DNA of 57,568 nt, filler included, from Squatina squatina (Eukaryota): NCBI GenBank assembly GCA_031763465.1. It is 3 parts of 3 records of this genome, joined end to end, with 100 filler letters (N's around TTAATTAATTAA, not from the genome) between each part and the next. Parts side by side here need not be neighbours in the genome. Positions count along the whole stretch, not along the records: positions 1 to 28,112 come from JARFOE010000192.1; 2 more parts are not named here. One strand, given 5' to 3'. This document shows, one piece after another, positions 10,753-23,145 of the stretch. A model generated the notes under the pieces. That model saw only the letters and a list, made by a program, of their open reading frames with translations, did not search any database and was not told the DNA's origin. The position numbers and the translations under genes are program-made. Numbering within the stretch: position 1 is the stretch's first letter; every line of letters begins with the position of its first letter.

Positions 10753-13700
10753 ATCCTGTGGCATTAGCTCAGAAATGAGTGGGGTAACTTTGAGCTAACC
10801 CGCCCGGTGGGAAACTGAAACCATCATCTAGGCTGACTGTTTTACACGCCACCCGAGTTTACTGTCCATTAACTTCAACGGAAAATAAATATGGCCAGCT
10901 TTAAAACAGGCTGCCAATCTGATTCTGCCAGCTTCTCGGCAGCTGGGTTGAGTTAAAATATCCACCGACATGCTGCTATTACTATATTTCAGTTGATTGT
11001 CACTTTTTGCAGTTCAATTCCCAAGCTACTGGGTGGCTGTACACCAGAATGTCACCAAGTTTTCTTCTTTGACCGAGGGGGCAGGAAGATCTTTTAAAGT
11101 CCTTGGTGAGTTGTAGCAAGGTCAATTTGTCGAATAGCAAACACATGAGCGCCTAGTCGCCTTCGTACTCCAGAACCTTTCCATTTTCTGGTTGATTCCA
11201 TGAAACTAATTTTGATTTTAATGCAGTCACTGGGAGACCCAATCAATTTTCATGGTGATGTCTCATTACCATTGAATCAACAATGCTGCCAGTGATAATC
11301 ATGCACTTAAAAGGCAGCTCGCCAATTGGAAATGTAGGAAATCTGGCCAGGCAGCTGATCTTGATGGGCCTGTAGCAGCACCTTAAATGGGAGGAGTGGA
11401 AGCATCGGGAGTAAAAGGGAGGAGTGGTTTATTGTGACAGGGAACGTAGGGAGATCAAATATTGGAAGTCTTTAAGGCTCAAAACACAAAAACGTCTGCA
11501 GTAAACATGAGTTTTACACCTGCTTCCATCTTTCCCTTACTGCAGCTAAGGAATCCTTTAAATACTGTTGGAAATGATCGCCTCCCAACATGTGCTACGC
11601 ATGATTTGTAGGCGCACTGAAAAACAATGTGGTTAGAAACGAAAATGAAGTGGGGGACTTAACTTCGTCATTTGACCTTTATTTGATTCTTAGGCATAAA
11701 TGGGGCAGTAGCAAAATGTAAATCAGCCCCTATGGCTTTGAAATGTTTAAGTTCTTTGGAGCAGAATACAACCATAATCTCTTATCACAACTCGCTATGT
11801 ATAGCCATTCCAGCTCCCCACTCAGTCACTGGACCGAGCCACCCTCACCTCCTGNNNNNNNNNNNNNNNNNNNNNNNNNNNNNNNNNNNNNNNNNNNNNN
11901 NNNNNNNNNNNNNNNNNNNNNNNNNNNNNNNNNNNNNNNNNNNNNNNNNNNNNNTGGCTTGGGAGTGCTTGATGGGCAGTTAAAGAAGTTTTACTCTGTA
12001 TCTGACCTATTCTAATAACCCATGATAAAAATAATATTTTGAGGATTGCATGGGTAACAATACTGCATGCCTTATTTTGCTTTAAAGCAATCTTTTGCAA
12101 ACTACTGCAAGCTGCCATTATTCACTATCCTTCCTGGTGCACTGCAAAAGCAAGTATCACAATGAGGGATTTAGCAAAATAAACCCAATTACTTGAATTG
12201 TGGTAAATGAGATTGTCACAACGCAAACTGAAGGAATGAACAAGGTGCCCTAAACCCTGAAATAATGCTCGGCAGAACTATGACAAAAATGTAATATTTG
12301 GTCCATGGATTTTTTTCCATTCACTATGGTTCTTTGTTTAAAGTAAGTTCCTTTTAAAAATAGCTCCCTCAAAATGGAAGCTCCATGACCATTAAAAAAG
12401 CCAGTGTATTCGATTCAAAAGTTGAGGCAACTGCACAGTTCGACGATGAAACAAAGAGGACGAATTTATCTCTAAAATGTCTTGAGGTACTTACTTGCCC
12501 TGGAGTAGCCAGTCTGTGATCCCATCATCCGTGATTTTAATGTGCTCTCATGCGTAGGTTAAAAGAACATCTGTCCAAATCTGGCAGGGTCTTTCTTTAC
12601 ATATGCATGTCAAGTCTGGTTGACATCATTAGGACNNNNNNNNNNNNNNNNNNNNNNNNNNNNNNNNNNNNNNNNNNNNNNNNNNNNNNNNNNNNNNNNN
12701 NNNNNNNNNNNNNNNNNNNNNNNNNNNNNNNNNNNGTCTCATTTAAATTAGTCAGCTCGCTGGCAAAGTAAACATCAATTTTATGTAGGTCATGGGAATG
12801 GGTGGGAGGGCGGCAGGCACTCAGGAGGGGGCCGAATGGGGCTGGCAACAAAGTTCTCACCTGCTGTGGAGCCGGGAGTAGCACACCAACTCCTCCAGCC
12901 TCCACATTCAGGTAACTATTTTTGCTCTTGCTCATGTGTTTACTCACGTCAACTTTTTTGTTAAACTTTATGTACAGTGGAAAATATGACCCCACGAGTT
13001 TTGACTTCAGTTCTTGGGGGTTTTAGTAATGAAAAGGAAGTAGACACCACCCTAGCTTAACAATTTGGATCAACGTTTTAGTGACTCAGCTTATCAAACA
13101 ATACCATTTGCTACACAATTTCCATTTATTCATAAGAAAATAACTGACATCATTAGCATAAAGGTCACAGCCTTTTATTATAGAGTGTCTGAGGTATTAT
13201 GTTTATAAACTCTGTGGTCTAATATCATTCAGTCAAAGCAATAGGTTAATGGATTACTTTTGAAACACAGTTACTATGTTATACAGATAAATGAAGCAGC
13301 CAATTTGCATACAGTAAGATTCCACAGCAAATGGATGAGTGGCCAGCTATTGCCCTGAAATTGTGATCGGATGCTTCCTGCATGTCTACGAACTTACCTG
13401 CGGGTCCTCGATCCACCCGAGCTTGCGTTTTTCTCACTCCACAGATGTCCATGGGCAGCGCGGCTCCTCTCATTTCCGGGGATGTCCAGCGGAGATTGTG
13501 GAGCAGTCACACGGGAGGGTCCAACCAATCAGGTAGGAGTATCTTTCATTCAAGCTTTTGACAGTTCTGACAGGACTGTGAAAGCTTGAATGAAAGATGA
13601 AAAACAACACAAGCACATCCCAAAACATCTTAAAAACTATTCTAACATTAAAATTTAATAAAAAGGAGATAAATANNNNNNNNNNNNNNNNNNNNNNNNN

Positions 13701-13775
13701 NNNNNNNNNNNNNNNNNNNNNNNNNNNNNNNNNNNNNNNNNNNNNNNNNNNNNNNNNNNNNNNNNNNNNNNNNNN

Positions 13776-14805
13776 AGATTTTTGATCAGCAAGGGAACCG
13801 AGGATTATGGAGAAAAGGCAGGAAAATGGAGTTGAGGCCAATATCAGATCAGCCATGATCTCATTGAATGGCGGAGCAGTCTCGAGGGGCCAAATGGCCT
13901 ACTCCTGTTCCTATTTCTTATGGACTCCTTTCTAACTCAATATGTAAAAAGCCTAACCAGGGAGGATTCGCTACTGGATCTAGTAATGGGGAATGAACCA
14001 GAGCAGATAAGAAGTAAAAGTAGGGGAACATAGAGGCAATAGTGACCATAATATAATATGCTTTAAGATGATAATTGAGAAGGGCATAAGGATGATGAAA
14101 ATTGGGGTAACAGATTGGAGAAAAGCTGATTTTGAGGGGCTGAGAATAGAACTTGGGGAAAATAAAGTGGGCGACAATATTGGCAAACAACGATGTAGAA
14201 CAGCAATGGAAAACAGTTAAAACTGTGTTCCAGAGTGCAGGAACAATATATTCTGCTAAAAAAAAAAAGAAACTAAACACCACTGAGAGTCCATGGATGA
14301 ATAAGGCTATAAGGGAACAATTGAGGGTAAAGAAAGAGGCATACATTAAGTACATAGACAGCAGGGGAGTGCATTTGGAGGGAGAATATGAAGAAATTAG
14401 GAGAGAAGTCAAAAAAAAAAGTTAAAATGGCAAAGAGAAACTATGAAATTAAATTATCAAGAACATAAAAGAAAATAGTAACATATCAATTAAAAAAAGG
14501 AAGCAAGGTAGGGATGGGAATAGGGCCACTAAGGGGTCGACAAGATAATACCACAGGTAATAATAGATGGTAAAAATATTGAAGAATTATTTTGCTTCAA
14601 TATTTACTGGCGAGATAGAACAGGTGGACATGACATTGGATGATGAGATTAGTAATGAGATAAGTACATTTAAAATAAAAAGAGGGTTTATATGAAATAA
14701 GCTAATCAAACTCAAAGAGGATAAAACCCCTGGTCCGGATGGATTGCATCCACGCATTTTAAAAGAATCCAGAGACGGGATAGCAGAGGCATTACTACAC
14801 ATATT
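13776..14805 (+). mobile_element. CR1 LINE fragments (3' tail then ORF2 endonuclease-RT linker)
   Basis: A CR1 3' tail to about 13920, then degenerate LLDLVMGNE...SDHN...W.KADF...PWMNK.I...NYFASIFT...KTPGPDGLHPRILKE. Confidence 0.85.
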
Positions 14806-15104
14806 NNNNNNNNNNNNNNNNNNNNNNNNNNNNNNNNNNNNNNNNNNNNNNNNNNNNNNNNNNNNNNNNNNNNNNNNNNNNNNNNNNNNNNNNNNNNNNN
14901 NNNNNGATTTAGAAAGGGACTAATAACTATCTGGATTTGTTATGAATTCGTTCTTTGGCTGCTACAACAGGGACCAGTGGTGCAGGGGCTTGTCACTGCA
15001 GATCAGCCCTTGTGCAGTTTACCAGTTTGACTGCCGATCTTAGAACCGTACCATGAGCAACTTGCTAACTTCTGGATATTCTGGAAATTAACTTCATGTT
15101 CCAA

Positions 15105-15665
15105 AGGAACAGTTATGTTAAAGTTGTATAGAACCTTGGTCAGACCACTCTTGGAGTACTATGACAGTTCTGAGTTCTGATCTCTGTGTTATAAAATGGA
15201 TGTAGAGGCACTGGAGAAGGTTCAAAAATATTTACAAGAACTGAGCAGTGGAAAAGGCTGAACAGGCTGGGGCTCCTTTCTCTGAGAGAAGACAGAAGGG
15301 TGACCTGATAGAGGTCTTTAACATTATGAAAGGGTTTAATAGGGCAGATTTAGAGAAGATGCTTCCACTTGCAGGCGAGACCAGAACTAGGAGCCATAAA
15401 TATAAGATAGTCACTAATAAATCCAATAGGGAATTCAGGAGAAACTTCTTTACCCAGAGTGGCTAGATTGTGGCACTCACTACCACAAGGGGTAATTGAG
15501 GCGCATAGCAAAGATGCATTTCAGGGGAAGCTAGATAAACCCATGAAGAAAGGAATAGAGGATATGCTTATAGTTAGACGAAGAAGGGTGGGAGGAGGCT
15601 CGTGTTGAGCATAAACACCGGCATGGACCTGTTGGACTGAATGGCCTGTTTCCGTGCTGTGAACA
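15105..15665 (+). mobile_element. CR1 LINE 3' end
   Basis: LKLYRTLVRPLLEY...RRQKGDLIEVFNIMKGFNRADLEKMLPL.GETRTRSH...FFTQ, plus the tail ggcatggacctgttggactgaatggcctgtttccgtgctgt. Confidence 0.85.
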
Positions 15666-15763
15666 CTTTGCAATCTTGGCTTTTTCCCCAATAACCAAGG
15701 CCTCAAATGGATGAGGGGGAATTGTGAAGTGTATTAAGATAAATGTGTGTTCTTGATTTCTAG

Positions 15764-15817
15764 TGCGCCAGATTCTAATACCGAGGATGCCAAAATCCCA
15801 GTCGAGAATCTTCCCAG
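15764..15817 (+). CDS. SIRT5: SIRT5 internal exon (54 nt)
   Basis: ttgatttctag|T GCG CCA ... CTT CCC AG|gtagaa encodes APDSNTEDAKIPVENLP(R), cf. human SIRT5 APEPGTQDASIPVEKLPR. Its phase-2 end matches the start of the next exon. Confidence 0.88.
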
Positions 15818-17278
15818 GTAGAAATGTTTGTACCCTGGCGTATATAATCATAGAACACATGTATTACTTTTGCATCTAATGGAACTGTAATTAGAAAGCC
15901 AATGTAACTGCTACATACCAAAATTCCAAATTCCAAACTTTTTTTTACTGCGGACTGACTTGATGCGGGGGTGGGGGGGAGGAGCTCCTTTTCACATCTT
16001 TGCATTTTCTAGAATGATTTTCATAGTGACTTGCTTAATATAAGCTTGGTTCAATGTGGTTTTCAAATGTCCTGATGGAGCACTTTTGTGCTTCACTTCT
16101 GCTGTGCTACAGAACAGTAATGTCTGTTGATCCTGCAAGGAGGGCAGAGCACCTCTTGCTGCTTTTGCATACCACAAGATTGGAATTGGCAGAGGCCTGG
16201 GGTAGCATCTCCTTGGCCAATTGGCTGGTGAACAATATATGATCTGAGAAGGATAAAGATTAGGGCAGAGGAGGAAATTATCTGCTCAGCAAGAAACCAT
16301 CAAAAAATTAATTCTGTGGCGTTCAACTCCTTTTCAAAAGTGCTGGATGAATGTTTGGTTATTAAATGGACTGTACATCATAGACACATGTCCTGCAGAT
16401 ATTACAGTTTGTTGAAATCATATTAAAGTTGAATTGTGTAGATAGTAGTGTTTACCTTGTTGAAATGTTAAGCAATTGCTCCATCACTTTTTCCTACCAC
16501 TGATCTACAGTCACATTTCTCTGTGCACTGGTCCTCCCAACACCAGCCTACTCTGGGTTCTCCACTTGCAGGCCCTCCAACGATTTCCTCACTCAGCATA
16601 TTTTCTTTGCGAACTTCCTGCCTGCAAAAATCTACTTGAGACTCTCCATCAGCAGTGCTTTTGCCTTCTTGACAGTCTTAATCTTTCTCCTCCCATCTGG
16701 CTTTGTGTACATTCATTGCCTATTGCCCTGCAAAATGCTTCGAGATTTTTTTTGTGCATAGTGAGTGCTGTAGAAGGTTGTTCACCTTCCTCGGCAGATT
16801 AAGTAAACTGGATATATGTCAATGCATGTGAAGGGATTGCTCAATAAAGTGAAAAGCTTTTCCTTGATCCAAATTTTCTCATGGTAAATTTGGTTTTTGC
16901 TCTCTGCCCCGTGCTTTATAGATGGATGCGTGGAACATGCTATAAATGCACACAACAAGGAAGTAGTTTTGATGTAATTGTTTTTAAAAATGTACTGTTT
17001 TAGGGGGTCTGTACTGCTGGCCTAACAATGGTGCATCACTAAGGATTGGACATGGGTTCTGTCCCTGTCCTGCTCTTACCTTACTATGCTGGGTTTCTAT
17101 CTGTTAATTTGTGGCGATGTTTACCAATCAATGAGTCTCATGGAAGCTGGTTCAAGCAATCTGTGGAGAGCATGGAACAGCTTTTCTCTACAAATGGGGT
17201 ATCAAAACACTAGAAAATTAAACTTTCCTTTTCTACCAAAAAAAAAAAGTTCTTTAGCATTATATCTAATGTCTTTAG

Positions 17279-17402
17279 GTGTGAAAAGTTTGGTTGCAAT
17301 GGTCTACTTCGTCCACATGTGGTGTGGTTTGGAGAGACCCTAGATTCTGATATCCTGATGGAAGTGAACAAGGAACTTGAGATCTGTGACCTTTGTCTAT
17401 TG
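17279..17402 (+). CDS. SIRT5: SIRT5 internal exon (124 nt; second Cys pair of the Zn module and PHVVWFGE motif)
   Basis: gtctttag|G TGT GAA ... CTA TTG|gcaagt encodes [41 protein letters not shown], cf. human [41 protein letters not shown]. Not in the supplied ORF track in this frame. Confidence 0.95.
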
Positions 17403-17969
17403 GCAAGTATATACTTTCTTAAGTTACTGCACAAACAGGATTGATTTCTAAATGTGATCCACCACTCGATGGTAATGATAACGAGCCAATGTTTGTTTGA
17501 TGCACAAAACTGGCTCACTTTTGACTGGCTAAACTGGTAGCATGGTAACAAGTGACTGTTGTAACTGATAATGCAGAAGTCTGATTGTTGAGATTTCACA
17601 TTTCAGTGGCTTAACTCTTTTTTAACACTGGCATAAAGTAGGATGAAACCTGTCCTAGAAATGCATGAATGTGTCATTTATAATTTCCACCATGCTTATT
17701 TAAATACTCAAATCAATTGCAAACTCAAAAAGACGCCATGAAATTATGCGATGCCGCTGCTTGTCTTGGCTGATGAAATGACCTTATCTAAGAGCTTTAT
17801 TCCTCTGACTGGCCAGTTATTGAATAGGAAAGGGTCTTTGAGAAATATCTTCCACATTCAGTAGTGCAAACTTCTAGGCTCTCAAAGATAATAAACACTG
17901 ATACGAAGTGGAAGCAATCGTCTTTTCAGTATCAAACTGATTAACCATTTTGGAAAGAAAAACAAAAGA

Positions 17970-18114
17970 GCAGAGTATTTAAACGGAGAAAAACTGCAGA
18001 AAGCTGCATCACAAAGGGATTTGGAGGTCCTTGTGCTTGAAACACAGAAAGCTAACACACAAGTGTAGCAGGTAATAGGGAAGGCTAATGGAATGTTGGC
18101 CTTTATTTCAAGGG
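17970..18114 (+). mobile_element. CR1 LINE fragment
   Basis: Y.LNGEKLQ...QRDL.VLV...KANGMLAFISRG, the CR1 ORF2 post-RT motif. Confidence 0.7.
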
Positions 18115-18244
18115 NNNNNNNNNNNNNNNNNNNNNNNNNNNNNNNNNNNNNNNNNNNNNNNNNNNNNNNNNNNNNNNNNNNNNNNNNNNNNNNNNNNNNN
18201 NNNNNNNNNNNNNNGGCTAATTATTGGAATATTTCTCTTTGCAG

Positions 18245-18320
18245 ATTTTATTTTAAAGGCCCCTGTGGAACAACACTACCACCAGCACTTGCTCGTCATG
18301 AAAGTGAAGTCATTTTTTAA
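18245..18320 (+). CDS. SIRT5: SIRT5 last coding exon
   Basis: tttctctttgcag|A TTT TAT ... TTT TAA encodes (R)[24 protein letters not shown], cf. human [25 protein letters not shown]. Confidence 0.92.
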
Positions 18321-19098
18321 GGAACTTTTGCAAATATTTCAACACATACCAGGGAATGAGCTGTTCTGATCAAGTTACATTTTCAAATGCATTATTTTAA
18401 CATTGTGTTGTTTCAGCAGTATGAAATCAGTGTCACCACTTGAATGACGAAGAACGCTTAATGACGCTAATGAATGATTTAATTACAAGATTCTTAACTG
18501 TTTTATTCCTGAAGATTTATAAGGTTGTTCCTTATAAACTCCTGTCAGCTGATTATTGTCAGAATATTCAGTCATTGTATTGTACAGATATGCCTATAAA
18601 TAAAACAATTGAAGAATTTAAGTTATTAGTCCCATTTTTAATTTCTGTCTTTATCTGTACAACGCTGCTCCATTAGAGTACTTTGCAAAGGTTTTATTTT
18701 CATTCACTTGTAAAATTTGTAGAAAGTGCAAATACTAACTGATACAAAATGAAATCTAGGCTGTTTTCAGTATGGTGCAGTGTGGAAAGTTAATTAGGGA
18801 AGAAGTGATTGATCAGGATTAGTTTTGAATATTGTGTTGCCATGCAATCATCCTCTATTGCTGNNNNNNNNNNNNNNNNNNNNNNNNNNNNNNNNNNNNN
18901 NNNNNNNNNNNNNNNNNNNNNNNNNNNNNNNNNNNNNNNNNNNNNNNNNNNNNNNNNNNNNNNGCCCCATCATGGTGCACAGTTCCAATAAGTTTCCATT
19001 TTCAGAATGTAAACCATGCTGTTTGACTAGTAAATAAACACTACCCATTCAATAGATTTAAATCTTTAATAGCTGATTAATTACGATTCATACATTTG

Positions 19099-19104
19099 TT
19101 TATT
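19099..19104 (-). promoter_or_regulatory. candidate polyadenylation signal of RANBP9
   Basis: AATAAA on the minus strand, about 1.1 kb downstream of the RANBP9 stop (with an intervening gap), in AT-rich UTR-like sequence. Confidence 0.35.
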
Positions 19105-20203
19105 GCAGTATAGTACTCACTCAAGCACTGCTTAAAAATGCAGAGTGTACAAAGTTTAAATTAAGACATTGCAGATTTTGACTAAGTATTTGGTTTAATA
19201 TAAATAATGTCATTACCACACAATGTGTTGACAAGTACTTAACACTGTTATTTTACAATGGTTAAAATGATAGGTGCAGAATTGGATTTCTCTGCATTTA
19301 AACAATGTCCTGGGGGTGGGAGTGGGGTGGGGTGGGGTGGGGCGGAAACAGGTGGAGATTGAGAGCATGTGCAGAGACAACCTGGGGAGATTTAAAAAAA
19401 ACACTGCAATCCTTCCGAAGTATTGAGACTGTCCATTTAGCTCCTGAGTAATGAAGATTTACAATACTCTCGGGAGGGATAAAGTCTCCCCTCTCCCTCC
19501 ATCCATCTATACTTAAAAGATCTACCAAATTATTCAAGCATTTAACTTTTTTTGATGTACATAGTAGAGGGATGGAAAACATCTTTTATCCATTTTGTAT
19601 TAGACATGCTCTCCATTGGAGATCCACTCACACAACAGCAATTTTAAATTTTGGTTTATCACAAAAGATAGATTTTTAANNNNNNNNNNNNNNNNNNNNN
19701 NNNNNNNNNNNNNNNNNNNNNNNNNNNNNNNNNNNNNNNNNNNNNNNNNNNNNNNNNNNNNNNNNNNNNNNNNNNNNNNNNNNNNNNNNNNNNNNNNNNN
19801 NNNNNNNNNNNNNNNNNNNNNNNNNNNNNNNNNNNNNNNNNNNNNNNNNNNNNNNNNNNNNNNNNNNNNNNNNNNNNNNNNNNNNNNNNNNNNNNNNNNN
19901 NNNNNNNNNNNNNNNNNNNNNNNNNNNNNNNNNNNNNNNNTCCACTGAAACAGATATACATGTTACAACTCCTCCAGACATTGCTATAAAAAAATAATGC
20001 AAAACATGTCAATGAACTGTGCATATAAGTTAGAAAACAGCTGGACCATGCTGTAAACTAGGAAGCAGAAGTAGAGTGACATTTAGGATCTGTCCCCAAA
20101 AGATCATTGGAAATTAAAAGTCAGTTTCCCTTCAGCAGATCTGGTGCTGAATTATGGTCACTAATATTAAGGTAGCTCTGGGATGAGCTGTACAAATGCA
20201 TAG

Positions 20204-20334
20204 CTAGTGCAAATATTCTTCTACTGTGGCAAATGCACATGAACCAATTCCCAATCGGGCCATCAACTCCAGACACTTTGAAGCCTGTCCAATGGCGAGT
20301 GCCAGCGGGGGCTGCTTTGGCAGATTGTGAGACT
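20204..20334 (-). CDS. RANBP9: RANBP9 last coding exon (CRA domain end)
   Basis: ttttcctatttcag|AG TCT CAC ... CAC TAG encodes (E)[42 protein letters not shown]. The residues LALA.GQA and [10 protein letters not shown] fit RANBP9 better than RANBP10. Confidence 0.93.
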
Positions 20335-21129
20335 CTGAAATAGGAAAAACAAAATAAGTAAATTTGACTGCAATTTCAATACAGTGAATGAAAACTACAA
20401 ACAATTGTCAACTTGAGGATTGTACAACATTCAGTGTAATAAACAGCTGTATGATGCATGCTGACCGAGGTCCCACTTGTGTACATTCCAAATACTCGCA
20501 GACAAGCGCTATGCTCCATCAATTTACGCAAAGCCAACATCTCACAAACTGTAATTGAGATAAATGACCACTTAATGTTCTTTTGGCAAAAGAAGAGCTT
20601 GAGCCAGAACTCTCAGCTTTTCCTTAAAGAGCACCATTGAGTTCTTGTGCAACATCTCTTCTGAAGACTGCACTAAAGTGTCAACCAGTAGGGCTTGAAT
20701 CTTCTGATTCCGAGGCAAGAGTGCTTCCAAATAAACCAAAGTTGACACAGATGTGCAAACTTGATTCAATTTTTCTTTATGTATTTATAGAATAAAAGAT
20801 ACATTTACACAAATTGCCCTTCTTACAATCTTTAAATTTCATTCGGATAATCGGAACTACCATATAGCATTACTGCACATTACTTAAAACTGCAAATTTG
20901 GCACAATTGTAAATTCTTTAGGATAGATTTTCTTTTAAAGGGATAGGTCAATTTGACAAGAAGTTTGGCTGGGTCATAAAGATCTTGCCAATACAGACTA
21001 GTAATCACAAACTGTTGGGCTTGACCATTTGTGAGTCTCCTGCACAGGTTCTATGTTGATCTGCTGATGCCTTCTGGGGATGTTCTGAGTGTCAGAGGGA
21101 GGATGACTCCTTTCTGCAACTGATAGCTG

Positions 21130-21530
21130 AATTCATAGAAATTTACAGCACAGGAGGCAGCCATTTGGCCCATGCCAGCCGATAAGGAGCTATCCAGCTT
21201 AATTCCACTTTCCAGCTCTTGGTCTGTAGCCTTGTAGGTTACGACACCTCGAGTGCATATCCAAGTACTTTTTAAATGCAATGAGGGTTTCTGACTCAAC
21301 CACCCTTTCAGGCAGTGAGTTCCAAACCCCCACCACCCTCTGGGTAAAAAATGTTCTCAACTCCCTTCTAACAATTACTTTAAATCTATGCCCCAGAATT
21401 ATTTACTTCCTTGTTAAAGGAAATAAGTCCTTCTTATCCACTAGGCCCCTCATAATTTTATACACCTCAATTAAATCTCACCTCAGCCTCTTCTGTTCCA
21501 AAGAAAACAGCCCCAGCTTATCCAATCTTT
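21130..21530 (-). mobile_element. CR1 LINE 3' end
   Basis: Reverse complement of the LGLFSLEQ.RLR.DLIEVYKIMRG...FTQRVVGVWNSLPERVVE region and the CR1 tail. Confidence 0.85.
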
Positions 21531-22154
21531 AGGCAAGTTTTTTTTTCGTTCATGGGATGTGGGTGCTGCTGGCAAAGCCGGCATTTATTGCCCATCCTTA
21601 ATTGCTCTTGATTCCCATTGACTTCAGTTTCACTAGGGCTCCTTGATGCCACACTCCGTCAAATTCAGCTTTTTTGTCCATGTTTGGATCAAGGCTGTAA
21701 TGAGGTCTGGAGCGGAGTGGTCCCGGCCGAACCCAACTGAGCATCGGTGAGCAGGTTATTGGTAACTAAGTGCCACTTAATAGCACTGTCGACAACACTT
21801 TCCATCACCGTGCTGATGATTGAGAGTAGGCTTTGTAGTCATAGGACCTGACCTGCAGTAATTGCAAGGTCAGACATAGACTTATAGTTTTCCAGACATG
21901 CCAATAACAGCTGGATCTTGGGACAAGACCAGAACAGGTTCAACAGTGTTGCTCTAACCAGAACTCATCCAGCAGGGAGGGTTGTAGTTGGCCGTCACAC
22001 CATTTACTGCATGCAGTGATTGCACCATCCATCATCCATCTTCATTTCTCCTTCNNNNNNNNNNNNNNNNNNNNNNNNNNNNNNNNNNNNNNNNNNNNNN
22101 NNNNNNNNNNNNNNNNNNNNNNNNNNNNNNNNNNNNNNNNNNNNNNNNNNNNNN

Positions 22155-22632
22155 AGGGATATCAAAATCAACACTTTTTTTACAATTATATTAGGAAAAA
22201 GAGGGTGGTCAGGAGCAATGTGGGCCTTGAAAACTTATTACGGTGATATTGTCAATGATAAGGAAATGGCAGACACGTTGAACAATTACTTTGCGTCAGT
22301 ATTTACAGTAGAGGAAGAGGATGGCATGCCAGAAATCCCAAAGAAACTATTATTTGAAAATGTTCAGTTGATCAGAGAGCGCCAGCATGGATTTGTGAAA
22401 AGTAGCTCATGCCTGACAAACCTGATTGAAATTTTTGAAGAGATGACTAAAGTAGTGGACAGGGGAATGTCTATGGATGTGATTTATATTGGCTTCCAGT
22501 AGGCAATTGGTAAAATCCCTCGTAAGAGACCGTTAACTAAGTTGAAGCCCATGGAATTGAAGGCAAATTGTCGACCTGATTCGGGAATTGGCTGAGTGGC
22601 TGGAGACAGAGAGTAGAGATAATGGGCAGAAT
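22155..22632 (+). mobile_element. CR1 LINE RT fragment
   Basis: MADTLNNYFASVFT...QHGFVKSSSCLTNLIEIFEEMTKVVDRGMSMDVIY, with an internal deletion. Confidence 0.85.
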
Positions 22633-22981
22633 AATGCCCTAGCATTTGCTTTTCAATACCATTTAAATACCTTGTATACCTCTATAAGCCTCTTGGTATC
22701 CAACTTTCAAGGCTGAAGAGTCCACGTTTTGTCGCTTTTCCTCTTAATTTGATTTTCTGTCTCTAGGAACTCGACTATCTCCAGAGATGTGAATATTTCC
22801 ATTGTGTATATCCCTCTGGAATCAATACAGTAAGATGCCCATCTCTACCGTTGTCTCGTTATAGCCTTGCTTCAAGTCTCTCTTGTGATTTCTGAAAGTG
22901 GCACCGCACGTCCAGAAAGTGCGACATCCTATTAGATCCAGAAAAGGAAATTCTGAAACGTGAAAAGTTTCATTCTCTTAC

Positions 22982-23145
22982 CTCAGTAGGCCTCTGAAGT
23001 CATCCGTAAAGTCAAAGGAACCATTGAGGAGGCCCAGCACCCCTTGCTGCTGTAACTGGTTCCTATATTTATCCCGAAACTGCATGTGGATATCATCAAT
23101 AAACTTGTCTATATACGTTAGTGTCAGGATTTTTTGGTAGCCCAC
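22982..23145 (-). CDS. SRPRA: SRPRA (SRP receptor alpha, SRX/longin domain) exon, isolated inside a RANBP9 intron
   Basis: cactttaccctgcag|GTG GGC TAC ... CTA CTG AG|gtaaga, 164 nt, encodes VGYQKILTLTYIDKFIDDIHMQFRDKYRNQLQQQGVLGLLNGSFDFTDDFRGLL(R), cf. human VGFQKILTLTYVDKLIDDVHRLFRDKYRTEIQQQSALSLLNGTFDFQNDFLRLLR. No other SRPRA exon was recognised in the window. Confidence 0.88.
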
